A stretch of 64,000 nucleotides of DNA from Octopus vulgaris (GCA_951406725.2 OX597837.1:19716001-19780000); one strand, 5' to 3'; positions 13,615 through 28,549 are shown, numbered from the stretch's first letter. The notes: generated by a model from the letters alone, not told the origin. Program-made: numbers and translations.

Positions 13615-13996
13615 TAGCAGTATCGCCCGGCGTTGCTCAGGTTTGTAAGGGAAATAACTATAAAGCATTTTTAGAGAGTTATAGCCAAAAAATAGCAAAA
13701 AAATGGAAAAAAAATATGGTAAATTTTTTTTTGAGATTTAAAAAGGTGGAGTTGCGTCCCCTAGACAGTTTGTGGTTCGTGTTTCTAATTCTCGACCCCA
13801 TGTCGAATTTATCGATTTTTTCAGAACTGGGGGAACTTTTCAAAATTTTCGCTGCGTTAGTTTTGAATTATGACATTGGGCTATGTGTGTATCAAGTTTC
13901 ATCAGAATCGGTTGAAAGCCGTGGTCAGGGTGAGGGTACAAGCAAACAGACACACAGAAACACGCACAGACAAACTGCCGTTTATATATATAGAGA
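13614..13996 (-). mobile_element. Non-autonomous Helitron (383 bp)
   Basis: Minus strand starts A|TCTCTATATATATAAAC and ends CCTGAGCAACGCCGGG (hairpin)-CGATACTG-CTAG|T; 5'-TC, 3'-CTAG, A-T target, no TSD. Confidence 0.8.
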
Positions 13997-14777
13997 TATA
14001 TATACATATATATATACATATATGTATGTAAACACACACACACATAATGCTAGCAATGGTTACCAATAGAGGTGATTACCAGTAGTCTTAAGGGGATGTG
14101 AAACAATTATACACGTAAATATATTTGAGAGATGTCTACGTTTGTTTTTAAGATAATAACAAAGCAAACACCGCGAAGGCCATATATATTATTGTTGGGC
14201 ATCTTACAGGTAATATTTGTATAATATTTCATCTTAAAGTGTTGCGATTGTTCGACAATGCGTACTTATAAACACTGTAGCTGATTCGGTGAACAACACA
14301 GATCTTTTAAGTGTATTTCATTTCTTAGTATTCCGCTCAGCCAATAATGGCTAGATTAAAACAAGTACTAATGAGCCAATAGCATCTGGATAAAAAACAA
14401 ACACATACTCTATTACAGCATTCTTTTGTAGGAAGTGAACGCTAATTTTCTCCATTAATTAAACTAGAGTCGTGGCGAGATTACTGATTCATATTTATAG
14501 CACCATGAAATAAGATATCGCCGTAGCTTACTACAATATTGGTATATAAACACTTAAAGATGATTATTTTTGGCCCCCCAAAGACCAATCAGCCGTTCGT
14601 CTAGGCACTGGCGTGTCTGTGTGGTAAGGAGTTTGCTTCCCTACCACATGGTTCAGGGTTCAAGTCCTACTGAGTGACATCTTAGACAAGTGCCTTTTGC
14701 TATAGCCTCGGGCCGACCAAATCCTCATGACTTTACATGGAAGATGGAAACTGAAAATAGTCCTTCGTATATATGTA

Positions 14778-16059
14778 TTGGGTTGTTCGGAAAGTTCGTG
14801 CCGATTTTTAAAGGAAAGAAAAAGGTCAATAAATACTTGCCATTACATTTTTAATCAACCAAGTATGTGCCATTTTGTTGCACAATGCATCTCCATCTTT
14901 CCTTTAACTTGAAAATACCCTCTTCCCAGAATTGAGGTGGTTTCAGGATCGCAAAGAATTCATCAAGATATCTTTTTACGTCATCCAAGGAATTGAAATT
15001 TTTACCATTAAGACTATTCTGCAGAGACCTGAATAAGTGGAAATCTGAAAGAGCAATATCTGGTGAATATGGAGGGTGGGGTAACACATCCGAGCCGAGC
15101 TGCAGCAATTTTTGTCTGGTTCCCAAAGAAACGTGTGGTATTGCATTATCATGTTGGAAAACAACACCCTTCCTGTTGGCCAATTCTGGACGTTTCTCTT
15201 GAATTGCTGCTTTTAACTTGTCCAGTTGTGTGCAGTATTTCTCAGAATTAATTCTCTGGTTACTTGGGAGAAGCTCATAGTACAGAATTGATTTCCAATC
15301 GCACCAGACACAAAGCAAGATTTTTTAGGGAGAAGACCCACTTTTGTGGTGGCTAAGGGTGGCTCATGTCGCTTACTCCAGGATCGCTTTCTCTGAACCC
15401 TTCGGTAGATAATCCATTCCTCATCATCTGTCACAATTTGTTTAAAAAAGGCGCATTTTCATTCCGTTTATAAAGCGAATCACAGATGGAAATGCGATCC
15501 AAAAGATTCTCACACAGCTCCTGTGGTACCCAAACATCATAGCGATTTGTGTACCCAAGCTTTACCAGGTGCTCACGAACGACGGATTTTGATAGGTTGA
15601 GGCTTTCTGCCAATTCTCGGGTTGTGCAATGTGGGTTATTCTCAATTAATGACTTGATTTGGTCATCATCTGTAGTGGATGGTCTGCCTGATCACTCTTT
15701 ATCAATAAGGCTACATTCTCCAGTTCGGAACCTTGCGAACCGCTTCCGTACAGTTCTTTCGGATAAAGAAACATCACCGTAAACTGCACATATTTCTTTG
15801 GTTGCTTGTGAGACATTTTTCCCTTTACAGAAAAAGAAAAGCATCGAGTGCCGAAAATGAACTTTCTTATCTTCCGTTTTAAAGGGTTACAGAATTAACA
15901 CAGGTTATAGGAACATAAACCTTCTTCCAGGAAAAGTTAGCTTAAACTGTGCTCTGAATGGAGGTGTAGTCAAATCCTATTTTATGGACTCAACCATGTT
16001 CTAAAATAAGTTGAAATGCAAGCTACTATAAATCGGCAAGAACTTTCAGGACAACCCAA
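14778..16059 (-). mobile_element. Full-length mariner transposon (1282 bp), DD34D
   Basis: About 30-bp TIRs TTGGGTTGTTCGGAAAGTTCGTGCCGATTT / TTGGGTTGTCCTGAAAGTTCTTGCCGATTT; TA TSD at 14776-77 and 16060-61. Confidence 0.96.
14851..15877 (-). pseudogene. Mariner transposase pseudogene
   Basis: Probable start mutated to ACG (EDKKVHFRH follows); WVPQEL, TDDEEW, QHDNA..YSPDIALSD with 34 residues between D2 and D3; several frameshifts. Confidence 0.93.
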
Positions 16060-16265
16060 TATATACCTGTGTGTGTGCGCGTACGTGTGTGTGTGTGTGT
16101 GTGTCCTTGTGTCTGTGTTCCCCCCCCCCCACCACCACCGCTTGCAACTGGTGTTGATGAACGTAGCGCTTCGGCAAAGAGAAATGGAATAAGTACAAGG
16201 CTTACAAAGAAAAATAACTAAGGTCGATTCATTGGACTAAAACATATATATATACATACACACAC

Positions 16266-16300
<35 letters not shown>

Positions 16301-16312
16301 CATATGCATATG

Positions 16313-16391
<79 letters not shown>

Positions 16392-17638
16392 TTATCCTTT
16401 CACTTTCCGTGTGCTACGGTCAGCGCAAGATTATAGTACAAGATTGAATCTTGAGCCGCGTGGTTGGGTAGCAAAAGTTTTACCACACAAGCACAATAGA
16501 TCAATAATATGTAATTTCTAGATTTTATGTGTTATTGTGTGGTACCTAACAGTGTAGCTAAGAACAAACGTATCAGCTCAATCTGCACATTATACACCAT
16601 CTGATGCTACGCTCTATACACACCACACTACGAATTATATACATCTCCAATACGATTTATCATACGTACTACTTCTAATTTTAATCTTGATTTTGGCGAG
16701 TAATGCTTTTTCTTTCTTTTGCAATGGACACCAGCACCAGGTTGGTATTCGTTACAGCTAAGTAGACTGCGTTCACGTAAAATGACCCCAACGAAAAACA
16801 CCTTAGCTCTACATGCATTCTTTTATAGAATGACACCTTTCCCTGCAGAGTATCTATGGCTACTTTATTGATTAGGAAAATGCAAAACCGAAATTTACTG
16901 CCAAAATTCAGTAGACGTAAATAAATTATAAAAGCAGACGGGGATTAACCGATAAACAATTTTAAATCTAGAAATGAAAGAAGATTTTATCAGTGATGAT
17001 AATCGCCACTTCCTTCTCTTTTTCCTCTTCCTCCCCCTCTTCCTCTGCCTTAAGTGTCTCGCCAACCGAAGATAAGGTAGCATAATTTGCTGTACTGTTG
17101 ATGACGGATACTGTGGCAGAAACTTGTGTACACAGCCGTCTCTAGACAATCAGAATATTCTTTTGTTAATGACATAGTAATTGTGGAAAATTCTTTATTC
17201 TTTGAGATTATCTCCTCTTCTAGTTTAGGGCTGCTATCAATTGCCACGAAGCGATTGATCTACCCTCTCCCAAAGTGTCAATAGTTTCTGTTTTAATGAA
17301 TGAAGAATGCATCTTGTATGCTATTTATTATATCCTATTCGTCATTGTTGTTGAAATATATGCCACTGGCACTGTGTTATTTTTCTGCACTCAATTTCGG
17401 TGTGTGTGTGTGTGTGTGTGTGTGTGAGAGGATAATGATGATGATAATGATGATGATGATGATGATATGATATATATTTATTTATCCCTCTCTCTATGTA
17501 TATCTATTTTGTTTACAAAAATACAGGAGGTGTATTCACATAAATATATATATATGATTGTGATTTTTGTAAGACATATAGAGGAGTGTATGTGCATGCT
17601 TTGTGTATATGTACACCTGTGTATGTGTATGTTCGTAT

Positions 17639-17676
<38 letters not shown>

Positions 17677-17708
17677 GTATATATATGTATATATATATAT
17701 ATATGTAC

Positions 17709-17752
<44 letters not shown>

Positions 17753-18922
17753 TATATATATACATACATACATATATATGTATATATATATATATAGTTT
17801 TGTAGAGACTAACATTGATATTCTAGTGGGCCAACACATATATTTAATTAATGTAATTCAAAGCCAGTAGCGAAGAATAAATCAATTAACTTTAATGAAT
17901 ATGGCCGTGTCAAGAGAGATCACTCCGAAATCCCAGTTAATTAAAACATCAATGCCGGGGTGCATGCAGGAGAGAGCAATTCTGATCCTTATTACGCGTG
18001 TTCAAAGCTACAAACAAGTTTCGGCATTATTGCTCCTTTTCAGTGATGTGTTCTATTACTAACCATCTGGTACAAGATCCTGGAAAATAAAACAGTAACG
18101 AATTTAAATAATAAAACGCATTTACTTCTTACATAACTTATAATAATGATTGATGAATATCTCAGGGGTGCCTTCTGTATAAAAAGACATAGTTAAGTAA
18201 GAGTAAAATAGCTTAAAGTAGTGTGCTTTGTATTACATATAGTTTCAGTAGTGGGTGATGTATACACTCATACATACGTACATACATATGCCCACATATT
18301 TATACATATACGCAGACATAAATACATATATAGGCATATATATACATACACTCCCGCCCACACACACATATGCTCACACCCATATCCACTTACGCTGTTT
18401 TCTTTTCCCCAGAATAACCCGATATATTATCTTAAAATAGTGTCTTTCTCCCATCTGTAAATATACCTACCTATGTACATAAATATGTATATATGTATGT
18501 ATGTAAGTATGTATGTATGTATGTATGTACGTATGTACGTATGTACGTATGTATGTATCTATCTATCTATGTTTGCCTTCTATTTACATGCACACGCATG
18601 CACACATATACACACACACATCCATTCATATTGATTGGAACTCTCCAAACTCAAAACAACCATCTATTTTATGGAAGCATTCTATATTTTCTCCCATCAA
18701 TACAGCTATATATATTTTTTTACCAAATATACTGCTTGTAGTATTTCTTCTTACACAATACATTATATTATATTATGTTACATACACACACACACACACA
18801 CACGCATATATGCGCTTATATACATACACATTAAGGTACACACACACAAATATATATATATATATATGTATATATATGTATATAGGAGAGTATTGTAGTT
18901 CGCTTGAAAAATTGTATATATA

Positions 18923-18955
<33 letters not shown>

Positions 18956-19021
18956 ATGTGTGTGTGTATGTATTTATATATGTATGTATATATCTATATA
19001 TATATGCACATATAACTTATA

Positions 19022-19054
<33 letters not shown>

Positions 19055-19086
19055 ATATATACATATATACATATATATATTCATAT

Positions 19087-19150
<64 letters not shown>

Positions 19151-19170
19151 TATATATATATGATATATAT

Positions 19171-19222
<52 letters not shown>

Positions 19223-19225
19223 TAT

Positions 19226-19262
<37 letters not shown>

Positions 19263-19644
19263 TATATTCCTTCATGTATACATACTCAGTAATTCCTCCC
19301 ATCAATAAAACTATTTATTTTATTTATAAATACACGTACTGTCTATATTTTATTACTTCCATCTTCTTCCCATTTTCTCTGGTGTACTTTAAAAAAAATT
19401 CAGTTTATTTCTTAATTTCTTCTTTCTTTTTTTTTTTTATAATTACCACCCTCTATTTTTTCCTCCCGTACGCTTTTTTATCATTAATTCTGTCTCTTAT
19501 TCGAATACATATTCACACCATCAGTCAGTCGATCTGTCTGTCTGTCTATCATTAACGGTCACGAATGCATACCTATAAATATACGTATGCAGTCGCATAC
19601 ATATTCTGACAATTGCACGCGCACACAAACATACACACACATAC

Positions 19645-19731
<87 letters not shown>

Positions 19732-19770
19732 GCTTTCTATCTATTTATACATATATATATATATCTACGC

Positions 19771-19825
<55 letters not shown>

Positions 19826-19956
19826 AGTGTGTGTGTGTGTGTCTCCACGCAAACTTTCACACACACGTACCTAGATGTAAGTACGTATTTATATATATGT
19901 TTGTATAATGTATATGCCTGCATATATGTATGTACGTATTTATGTATGGATATTTA

Positions 19957-19987
<31 letters not shown>

Positions 19988-20404
19988 GCGTACATGTATA
20001 CATATCTCGGCTCGTACACACGAAAAGACACACTACATATACGTACTCACACGCAGACACAGTCACACACACACACGCGCGCATGCACGCACACACGCAT
20101 ACACACTAACACACGGTAGCATTTGTGTGAGTACATAAATCTATGCAATTTATAGTTAATACTTTCCCAAAATATATGTATAGGTGTAAACACACAAAAA
20201 ATAACTCGAGTACATATATATATATATATATATATATATTCTTTTTTTTCTTCATCGTATTCTTCTCTATCGAAATATCTTAATATGTCGTCTGCTCTCC
20301 ACAAATTAACAACACTCTGTTCGTGTGGATACTACAATGTCGGAGTGAATATACGTACATATACATACGTACATACATACACACATACATACATAAATAC
20401 ATAC

Positions 20405-20441
<37 letters not shown>

Positions 20442-20825
20442 CAAACATATATATGTATATATATATATGTATATATATATGTGTGTGTGTGTGTGTGCGT
20501 GCGTGTGTTTGTATATTTTTGTTTGTGTGTGTGAGGGGGGAATATTTATATCTATGTATGTATGAATATATACGGAAACATTTACAAATGCATGCTGATG
20601 TATATATGTATATATGTATACGTATGTATGTATGTATGTATGTATGTATGTATGTATGTATGTATGTATGTATGCATGTATGTATGTATGTATCTAAGCA
20701 TGTATGTGTGCAGACATATACACACGCATATATATATATATTTGTGTGTGTATACATATATCTATATATAGATATAAATATATGTATGTGTGTGTGTACA
20801 TAAATTTAAGTATGTATACCTAAGC

Positions 20826-20877
<52 letters not shown>

Positions 20878-20959
20878 GAAGTAGTTATAAGAAAGAAGGC
20901 AAAATATGGTATGGTGAGAGGGAGAGGGAGAGAAATAGTGAAGAATGTGTGTGCGTGTA

Positions 20960-21092
<133 letters not shown>

Positions 21093-21352
21093 CCCTTCCC
21101 CACCCACCTGAAGAACTTCTTGCATTGATGACGTATCAGGTGGTTCTGAAATATAATTCCAACAACATCTACAACAAAACACACCAAATTCCGAATGTCT
21201 TATTTTTTTTCGCAAGTGACAAAATTATCTTGTTCCGACTCGCAATGTGAAATAAAAAAAAAAACTCTGTACATACATAAATACATACATACATACATAT
21301 GTATGTATATGTATTTATATAATATATGTATGCAGACGTGTGTGTATATATA

Positions 21353-21396
<44 letters not shown>

Positions 21397-21413
21397 TTTG
21401 CATATGAGTTTAC

Positions 21414-21456
<43 letters not shown>

Positions 21457-21610
21457 TCATATATAGGTATGTATGTACATATGTATGTACCTATGTATGT
21501 ATGTAAGTAGGTATGTATGTATCTATACACATATTTCGCCATCATTATGATAATGATAACAACGGTGCTGCTGCTGCTGCCTGCTGATGGTGACAATGTT
21601 GTTGTTGTTT

Positions 21611-21660
<50 letters not shown>

Positions 21661-22202
21661 GGTGGTGGTGGTGGTGGTGGTGGTGGTAGTGGTGGTGGTG
21701 ATGACGACGACACCAACGACACTTATGATGGTTACGATGACGATGATGGTGACGATAATGGTCGTATATGTCTAGACATGGTGAAATCTACCATCTATCA
21801 CATATAAGCGAATTATTAGATTAGCAGGATGAAATTTACTTCGGGAGGCCATCTGCAAGAAGAAATAATAGCTAAGCCAAAACTAAAATATTTCAGCAAC
21901 CGTTACTAATGGAATTCGTTCAATAATTTCCATCCGAAGAGTAGAGTTTTTGAAAGATTATAATACCTTAAACGCTGGATTGGCTGCTTGGGGAATGGTT
22001 TGTTTCCCATGGTTCCCGGTTCAATCTCACTGCGTGGCCCCTTGTTCAAGTGTCTTCTACAGTAGCCCTGGTCTAACGAAAGCTTTTCTTCTTCATTCCT
22101 TTCTTATTATTATCACAAATAATCTCTTCTAATTTTCACTTATTTGCTTTCTTTATGTCAATAATGAATAACGCTTCATTATTATTATTATTTTCCGATT
22201 GT

Positions 22203-22425
22203 AAGGCGGCGAGCTGGCTGAATTATTAGCACGCTGGACGAAGTGGTTAACGGTATTTCATCCGCTGCTACGTCTAAGTTCAAATTCCGCCAATGTCGCT
22301 TTTACCTTTTATCCTTTCGGGGCCGATAAACTGAGTACCAGTGAAAGATTGGGCTCGGTGTAATCAATTTATCCCCTTCGCCAAAATTTCAGGCCTTGTG
22401 TCTATTGTAGAAAGGATTATTATTA
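22203..22425 (+). mobile_element. tRNA-headed SINE family B with (ATT)n tail
   Basis: aaggcggcgagctggc..gttcaaattccgcc..ggccttgtg..agaaaggattattatt; homologous copies at 29933, 32036, 32831 and 35483. Confidence 0.82.
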
Positions 22426-22429
22426 TCCG

Positions 22430-22590
22430 ATTGATTTGCATTTTATTTCATCTCCGATCCGAGTCTCAACCAGGGTACTAAGGCATGTCTATATTAGATG
22501 TAGAGAAACTTCCTGAGAATGTCGGCGGTTGACGTCAACACAACTTTTTGAGTCTCATAAATTGTTGGTTTCCCAGGAATCTGATGAAAA
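22430..22590 (-). mobile_element. Short 3'-end fragment of a Dong/R4-type LINE
   Basis: Minus translation KPTIYETQKVVLTSTADILRKFLYI* parallels QKIVLLECAHILRRVLSMR* of the element at 35840-37637; followed by a TAA tail. Confidence 0.55.
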
Positions 22591-22607
22591 AGAATTCATT
22601 ATTATTA

Positions 22608-22645
<38 letters not shown>

Positions 22646-22820
22646 GAGTGAGAGAGCAGTGCATGCCATCAAAGTGACACTGTTGTAAAATATACGACGC
22701 CCAATATATCCACAATGACTACCCGTCTAATAATGGTACACCAGGCACATGCATCACAACCATAAGTGCGCGACATGGTGATCTCATATCAAATAAACAG
22801 TGCATGACCTTGCAGGTGGC
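22646..22820 (-). mobile_element. 3' part of non-coding retroposon family C with (TAA)n tail
   Basis: Diverged reverse complement of about 32495-32660. Confidence 0.7.
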
Positions 22821-22998
22821 CATCCCGCTCAAAAGGTCCCTTTGGAGATCGATAAAATAAGTACCAGTTGAACACTTGGGTCAATGCAATCGACGTACCC
22901 GCTCCTTCGCAGTTGCTGGCCTTGTGCCAAGATTTGGTACCATTGTTATATATAAGGGTTGATGTTGGTAGTGGAGGTTCAAAACCGTATAATACATT

Positions 22999-23034
<36 letters not shown>

Positions 23035-24352
23035 CACATCGCTCTGCGTCATTCCGTCTATAAATTATTGAAGGAACGTTTTACTTTGAAAGAATATATA
23101 AATTGTTAAAAAAAAAACAGAATGTTTAAAACTTGACATCGACCGAAATAAATAAACCGGTCTCTGAAAAAAAAAATTATGACATTTATGGTGAAGGACC
23201 AAACTTTACTCAATTCCTGAAAATAAAATAGAAAAACTCCGAAAATACGCTCTTATTTTGCATGCATATTTTATAAGTCATTACTCTTGTTGTATAGGAT
23301 CACCATCTTGCAGTCATTACGACACTGTTTCCTTCCTTCGTTCCTTCCTTTTCAGGACATCAGCTTTCTGGTTTTCCCCCACCACACTGCTCATAGCTTT
23401 CTCATGAAGTTTCAGGAAAAATATTAATGGCATCAATCTCACCAATCACAGAGGGTTTACAAAGGCCTTGGGGTACAGCTTCTCCTTTCCACACCCAGAA
23501 AATAAAAATAAAAATTCACTCTGCAATATCGAATTTACCACAGAGTATTCCTAAAATATACGGAAGAAAAAACTGAGCGTTCTCAAGATGATACATTCTC
23601 AAAGAATCCTATCCCTTTCCCCCACCTCTGCCATCTTAAATCAAAATAGAACGCAAGGAAGAAGGAATAGATAACTAAAACTCAATGAATGCGAGGTAAA
23701 CAGAAATATAAAAAACAAACATAGCGTAAGTATTCTTGTAGACGTAAAACGATGCCAAGCAAAGTAAGTCACAACGTAGAATAAAACCGAAACTACGAAC
23801 AATTGCAGAATCCTAACCTCCAACCATGGAACCCTAACCAATAAAAAAACAAAACTAGAACAACACAAAGAAGAATATAAGTAGAAAGGAATATGAGGAA
23901 GATTTATGAATTGGAAATTCTGAACATGACTGATAAATGATGGGAATTATTAAAAGATTTAAAAGAGTAAAATATAGTTCTATGGACCAACGAAATCACT
24001 ACGTAAAAGTAGACAGAGCGGTGGAATAAAAACAGCCACAAAAGGCAAAACCCTGGCCATCACAAACTAAATAAAAGGAGACACGAACATCAATATTACG
24101 AGCTTAAATAAAAAAAAAGAAATTAAGCATTTCCTCAGAGAATATCAAAACCCAAGTAAACTGCAAGAAAAACAAAACACAAAAATGTCAGAAAATTAAA
24201 GAAAGGATCTGGCAGTCTTTAATGGAATCAATAACGAAATAATGCAAACGATGAAAAGGAGAATAAATAAGAGAAAAATACTGTAAAAATATAAGAACAA
24301 AAGAAGTAGAACCCGAAATCAAAGGACGCTTGAAACCAGAAACCCTCTAACC

Positions 24353-24653
24353 CAGTGGTTATCAACCATTTTTTATCAATGGGCCCTTTTCATTATTATT
24401 TTATTCTAGTGGAATCCCATTTCCATTCGATGTTGAAAACCTACTTTTATAGAGACCTCTTTCAAAATCCATGTGTAAGTTGAGCCATGTAAAATGCTAG
24501 AGAAAGAAACCTATTTCGTGCAAAAATATTTCTGAGCAACGTTTTATCACGGACCCATAAGATACTATTGCGGACCCAATTTACTCTTTTGCTTGTGTAG
24601 ACACCCCCATCATCGCAACCAAACCTTATATGGACCCTGGTTAAGAACCACTG
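24353..24653. mobile_element. hAT (Charlie/Buster-like) MITE, 301 bp
   Basis: TIRs CAGTGGTTATCAACC / GGTTAAGAACCACTG; 8-bp TSD ctctaacc / ctataccc (6/8); relatives at about 38334-38652 and 61520-61771. Confidence 0.8.
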
Positions 24654-26009
24654 CTATACCCAAAACGATCTCCCTCGCTACCCTCCGGGGCTACGCCTTT
24701 TCCATTTTTCCATATTGTGAGAGGCAAGATTCTCTGTTAATAGATACTTCATTTAACTAAAACTAAGTCCTCATTGAAATTAGTATCTGAATAAACTCCA
24801 CCACTTCCAGATAATTTTATTAAGAAGAAGTTAGAAGTAAAAAAGGAAATAGAAGTAGGAATCTTGGAAGGGAAGTCTTGAGAGCAAGGGAGTCATTATA
24901 GACTGACCAAGACAACGTGAATAGCGCCTGAATATTCCGCAGGATGCCATAGCAACGCAACATATAACTGAGACATTACAGAAAGCAAACAACTGGAAGG
25001 TTTGATGAGATCCTACACCTCTGGTCGAAATATTTTCCAGAGACGCAGAAGGCGCTAGTAGGGAGGTTTCAGAAGCTACTGCCGTGTCTGAGACTCCATT
25101 TATACGTAGTTCCACCATCGCCATCACCACAACCACCATCACTGCTACTGTCACCGCCATTATCACCACCACCAGAACCAACCCCTCACCAAATTCACTA
25201 CCACAACCGCCACCAACACCACTCCCATCAATGTAGATTTTACATCGGAATGACTTCCTGTTCGGTGAACTGCCTTACACGGCTGGGGAGCTCTACCTAC
25301 CCTGCAGTTGCTGAAATGCTGTCGAAAAGGGCACTGAGCCACTTGAGGAACTTCACTCCCTTATTTGCTTTCAAAATTGAATCCCCTAGCCGTTTCCTTT
25401 CCCAAGGTACTCACGAGGCAGTGAAGGTGTCTTTCTATAACATTCGAATTAATCCTCGGCTGGGACCCTGACTTCGGGTCAGGGTTGGCCTGAGAACAGC
25501 AGTTGCTAAGAGGTGGTTCCACACTCTTCAAAACCCTGGGGCTCCTGAACCAGCTCCTCACTATCAGATGCAGTTTTATAATCATACTCAGAAACATATA
25601 TACTCCCCTACTTACTCTCCCTTAATTAATTCTAATCAAGTAAAAACTTAAGAGTTGTCGCTTCTACCGTTAATCATTTAGATAATGATTTTCTCATTAT
25701 TACCGGTATAATTAAAATTAATGAAAATGTCTTAGTTTATTACGTCATTAAGTATGATAACAACACAAAGACTGTTTCAGGTAGGTGACAGTAGATATTA
25801 ATAGATCTCACACCAATACTCTCTCTCTTTGACAATACACAGCAGCTTCTGTAGAGACTTCTCCCTCGCTGTGATAAACATCAGTCTTAAGCGCTAAACA
25901 CTTGTCTTCTTATCTCACAGACAGCTTAATCTGATGTACTCACTTGGTCGCAATTTTATTTCACTATACTCCTATCAACGTGCGCTATACTTACTCTTTA
26001 TATTTTATC

Positions 26010-26541
26010 GTTTATCTTTTACCTGTTTCAGTCACGGACTGCGTCCATGCTGGGGCACCGCTTTGAAAGGCCTTAGTCGAATAAGGCGACCCCAGTTTTT
26101 TTTTTGTATCTTTTTTTTTTTAATCTAGCACTCATTCTATTGGTCTAATTTGTCGAGCCGCTTACGGCGACGCAAACAAACCAATACCGGTTGTCAAGCC
26201 GTGTGGTGTCAGGAGAACAGATACCAGGACACACACACACACACACACATACTGGCATTCTGTCGCTTACGACGGTGAGGGTTCCAGTTGATCCGATCAA
26301 TGGAACGGCTTTGCTCGTGAATTTAATGTGCAAGTGATACTCTATGTGACACTAAATGTGAGTAGGCTGCTCCTTTGAATTACAAGTATTACTCACTTTT
26401 GCCAGCTGAGTGGAATGGAACAACATGAAATAAAACGTCTTGTTCAAGGATACAACGCGCCGCCGGGAATCGAACGCACGACCTTACGAATGTTCCAACC
26501 ACTTAGCCAAGTACCTTCACTACATGCACAAACACATACAC

Positions 26542-26576
<35 letters not shown>

Positions 26577-26760
26577 CTCACATACACACACGCACGCACA
26601 CACACGGGATTCCACATAGGTTCCGCCTACCAAATTCATTTGCAAGGCTTTAGTTAGTCCAGGCCCATAGTGGAAGATACTTGCCCTATGTGCTGTGCAA
26701 TGGGACTGAACCTGAAACCACATGGATGCAAAGAGAGCTTTTTAACAACATAGTCAAGCC
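26010..26760 (-). mobile_element. SINE family A copy with an additional repeat inserted in its internal microsatellite
   Basis: 3' part at 26010-26250, head at about 26600-26760, unrelated SINE-like sequence at about 26255-26520. Confidence 0.65.
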
Positions 26761-27274
26761 CCGCCTATACCAATCTATTTGCAACATATTCAGTATACTT
26801 CCGGTGTCTTCTGGAAGTGAGTAGATTGTCCGTGCTGTATCGTAATCTATTGGCCATTCTCTTACGGCTTTGCCAGTAGACCCCTTTTATTACGAGTGTA
26901 TTGGCTAATTGTGAAGGCGCATGGTTCAATGGTTGGAGCTTCGAGCTCACAAACATAATTTAGTAATCCCTTGGATAACATCGGTGGCGTGGAGAGGAGA
27001 GGTTGTTATGCATGCACGACTGCTGGTCTTTCACGAACAACCTTTCCCCAGGCTTGTGTCTCGGATGGTAACTTTCTAGGTGCAATGCCATGGTCATTCA
27101 TGACCAGAAAGGGTCCTTACAGTTTTTGCGTTTTATTCGTTATCCTCATTTGAATGGAATGTATTCAATCTGCGTACTCCCAACGTACTTCGTTCATACA
27201 ATACTTACTTCCAAAAACCTGTGTTTGGGTAATGTGTGTATGTGTGTGTATATGTGTGTGGCTATGTGTCTGTG

Positions 27275-27355
<81 letters not shown>

Positions 27356-27360
27356 CTATT

Positions 27361-27916
27361 AATTAGGGTATACGAGAGATACCACCACGCTGAAATAGCA
27401 GTCAAAACCTGACCCTAAAGCCACCTTAAGTGTTCATATAGCGCTAGGAGAGTAGACAGATACAAAATAAACTAGCAAAAAAATTTTACTGGATAATTCC
27501 AGATTCTGGATTTCTGGATTTGCATAAGACATGCTCTGCCTTCTTCAGGGGAATACACTCAGATAGCACATAAATACAAATATATATATACAGAACATAC
27601 GTTATACTTACTTATATGTAACGCGTTCGTATACATACATATAAATATGCACGTTATATATATATATATATATAATATAATATATATATATATATATTGT
27701 ATTTATGTGCTATCTGAGTGTATTCCCCTGAAAAAGGCAGAGCATCTCTTATGCAAATCCAGAAATCCAGAATCTGGAATTATCCAGTAAAATTTTTTTT
27801 GCTAGTTTATTTTGTATCTGTCTACTCTCCTAGCGCTATATGAACACTTAAGGTGGCTTTAGGGTCAGGTTTCGACTGCTATTTCAGCGTGGTGGTATCT
27901 CTCGGATACCCTAATT
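27361..27916. repeat. Long inverted repeat, about 219-bp arms around a TA-rich spacer
   Basis: 27361-27579 is the reverse complement of 27697-27916 with a few substitutions and one indel. Confidence 0.93.
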
Positions 27917-27997
27917 TATAGATTTAAATAATTATTACCTTTGTAAGGTTTTTAATTCCCATGCTAGCTACTTGATAATATCGATATTTAAATATCG

Positions 27998-28087
<90 letters not shown>

Positions 28088-28549
28088 TTGTGTGTGTACA
28101 GTGGAAAATGTTTCTCGCTAAAATTAATATTAAGCAAATAAAGATATGCATACACATCAACGAATACACAAGTAAATTATACATGGAAACATACCTGCAA
28201 TTAAGAGAATACTGAAAGTGTCATGCAGTGGGATTGAACCCGGAACCATGAGGTTGGGAAACAAGCTTCATCCCACACAACCATAAACAGTAATAAAATA
28301 TACACACATGTGTTCTGCATGACATGCACACTAACCAGAGCAAGCTTATCCACGCTCATACACGTATATGTACAGCATGCATACGCATATGCACCTAGGA
28401 ACCGAACCTATTCATGTAACCTTAAACCCCAAGAAGTGCCTTGACTTAAAGAAAAGAGCTTTGCCACTTTGTTAGCGACCGGCTTCAATTCTGCAAGGAA
28501 ATGAATTTTAGATAAATCCCAAAGTAGCATATATACATACATATGTATG

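Larger units (their letters stand above)
14607..16240 (+). mobile_element. SINE family A copy split by a mariner insertion (14607-14777 and 16060-16240)
   Basis: SINE head and body lie left of the mariner TIR; GT microsatellite and the 3' part (..gaataagtacaaggcttacaaaga..ggtcgatt) lie right of it. Confidence 0.8.

Noticed and set aside
17050-17290. Possible minus-strand terminal exon (ETIDTLGEGRSIASWQLIAALN*) or 65-aa ORF
   Set aside because: Short, with no recognisable homology and no supporting neighbouring exons.
18007-18050. Minus-strand CUGAAAA..GCC GAAAC motif
   Set aside because: G8A without compensation and poor stems I and III; too degenerate to call.
21104-21144. CUGAAGA inside hairpin ccacctga/tcaggtgg
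   Set aside because: No correctly placed GAAA or stem III strand.
23640-25620. A-rich and moderately GC-rich tracts resembling old LINE ORFs
   Set aside because: No diagnostic motif recovered in manual translation.
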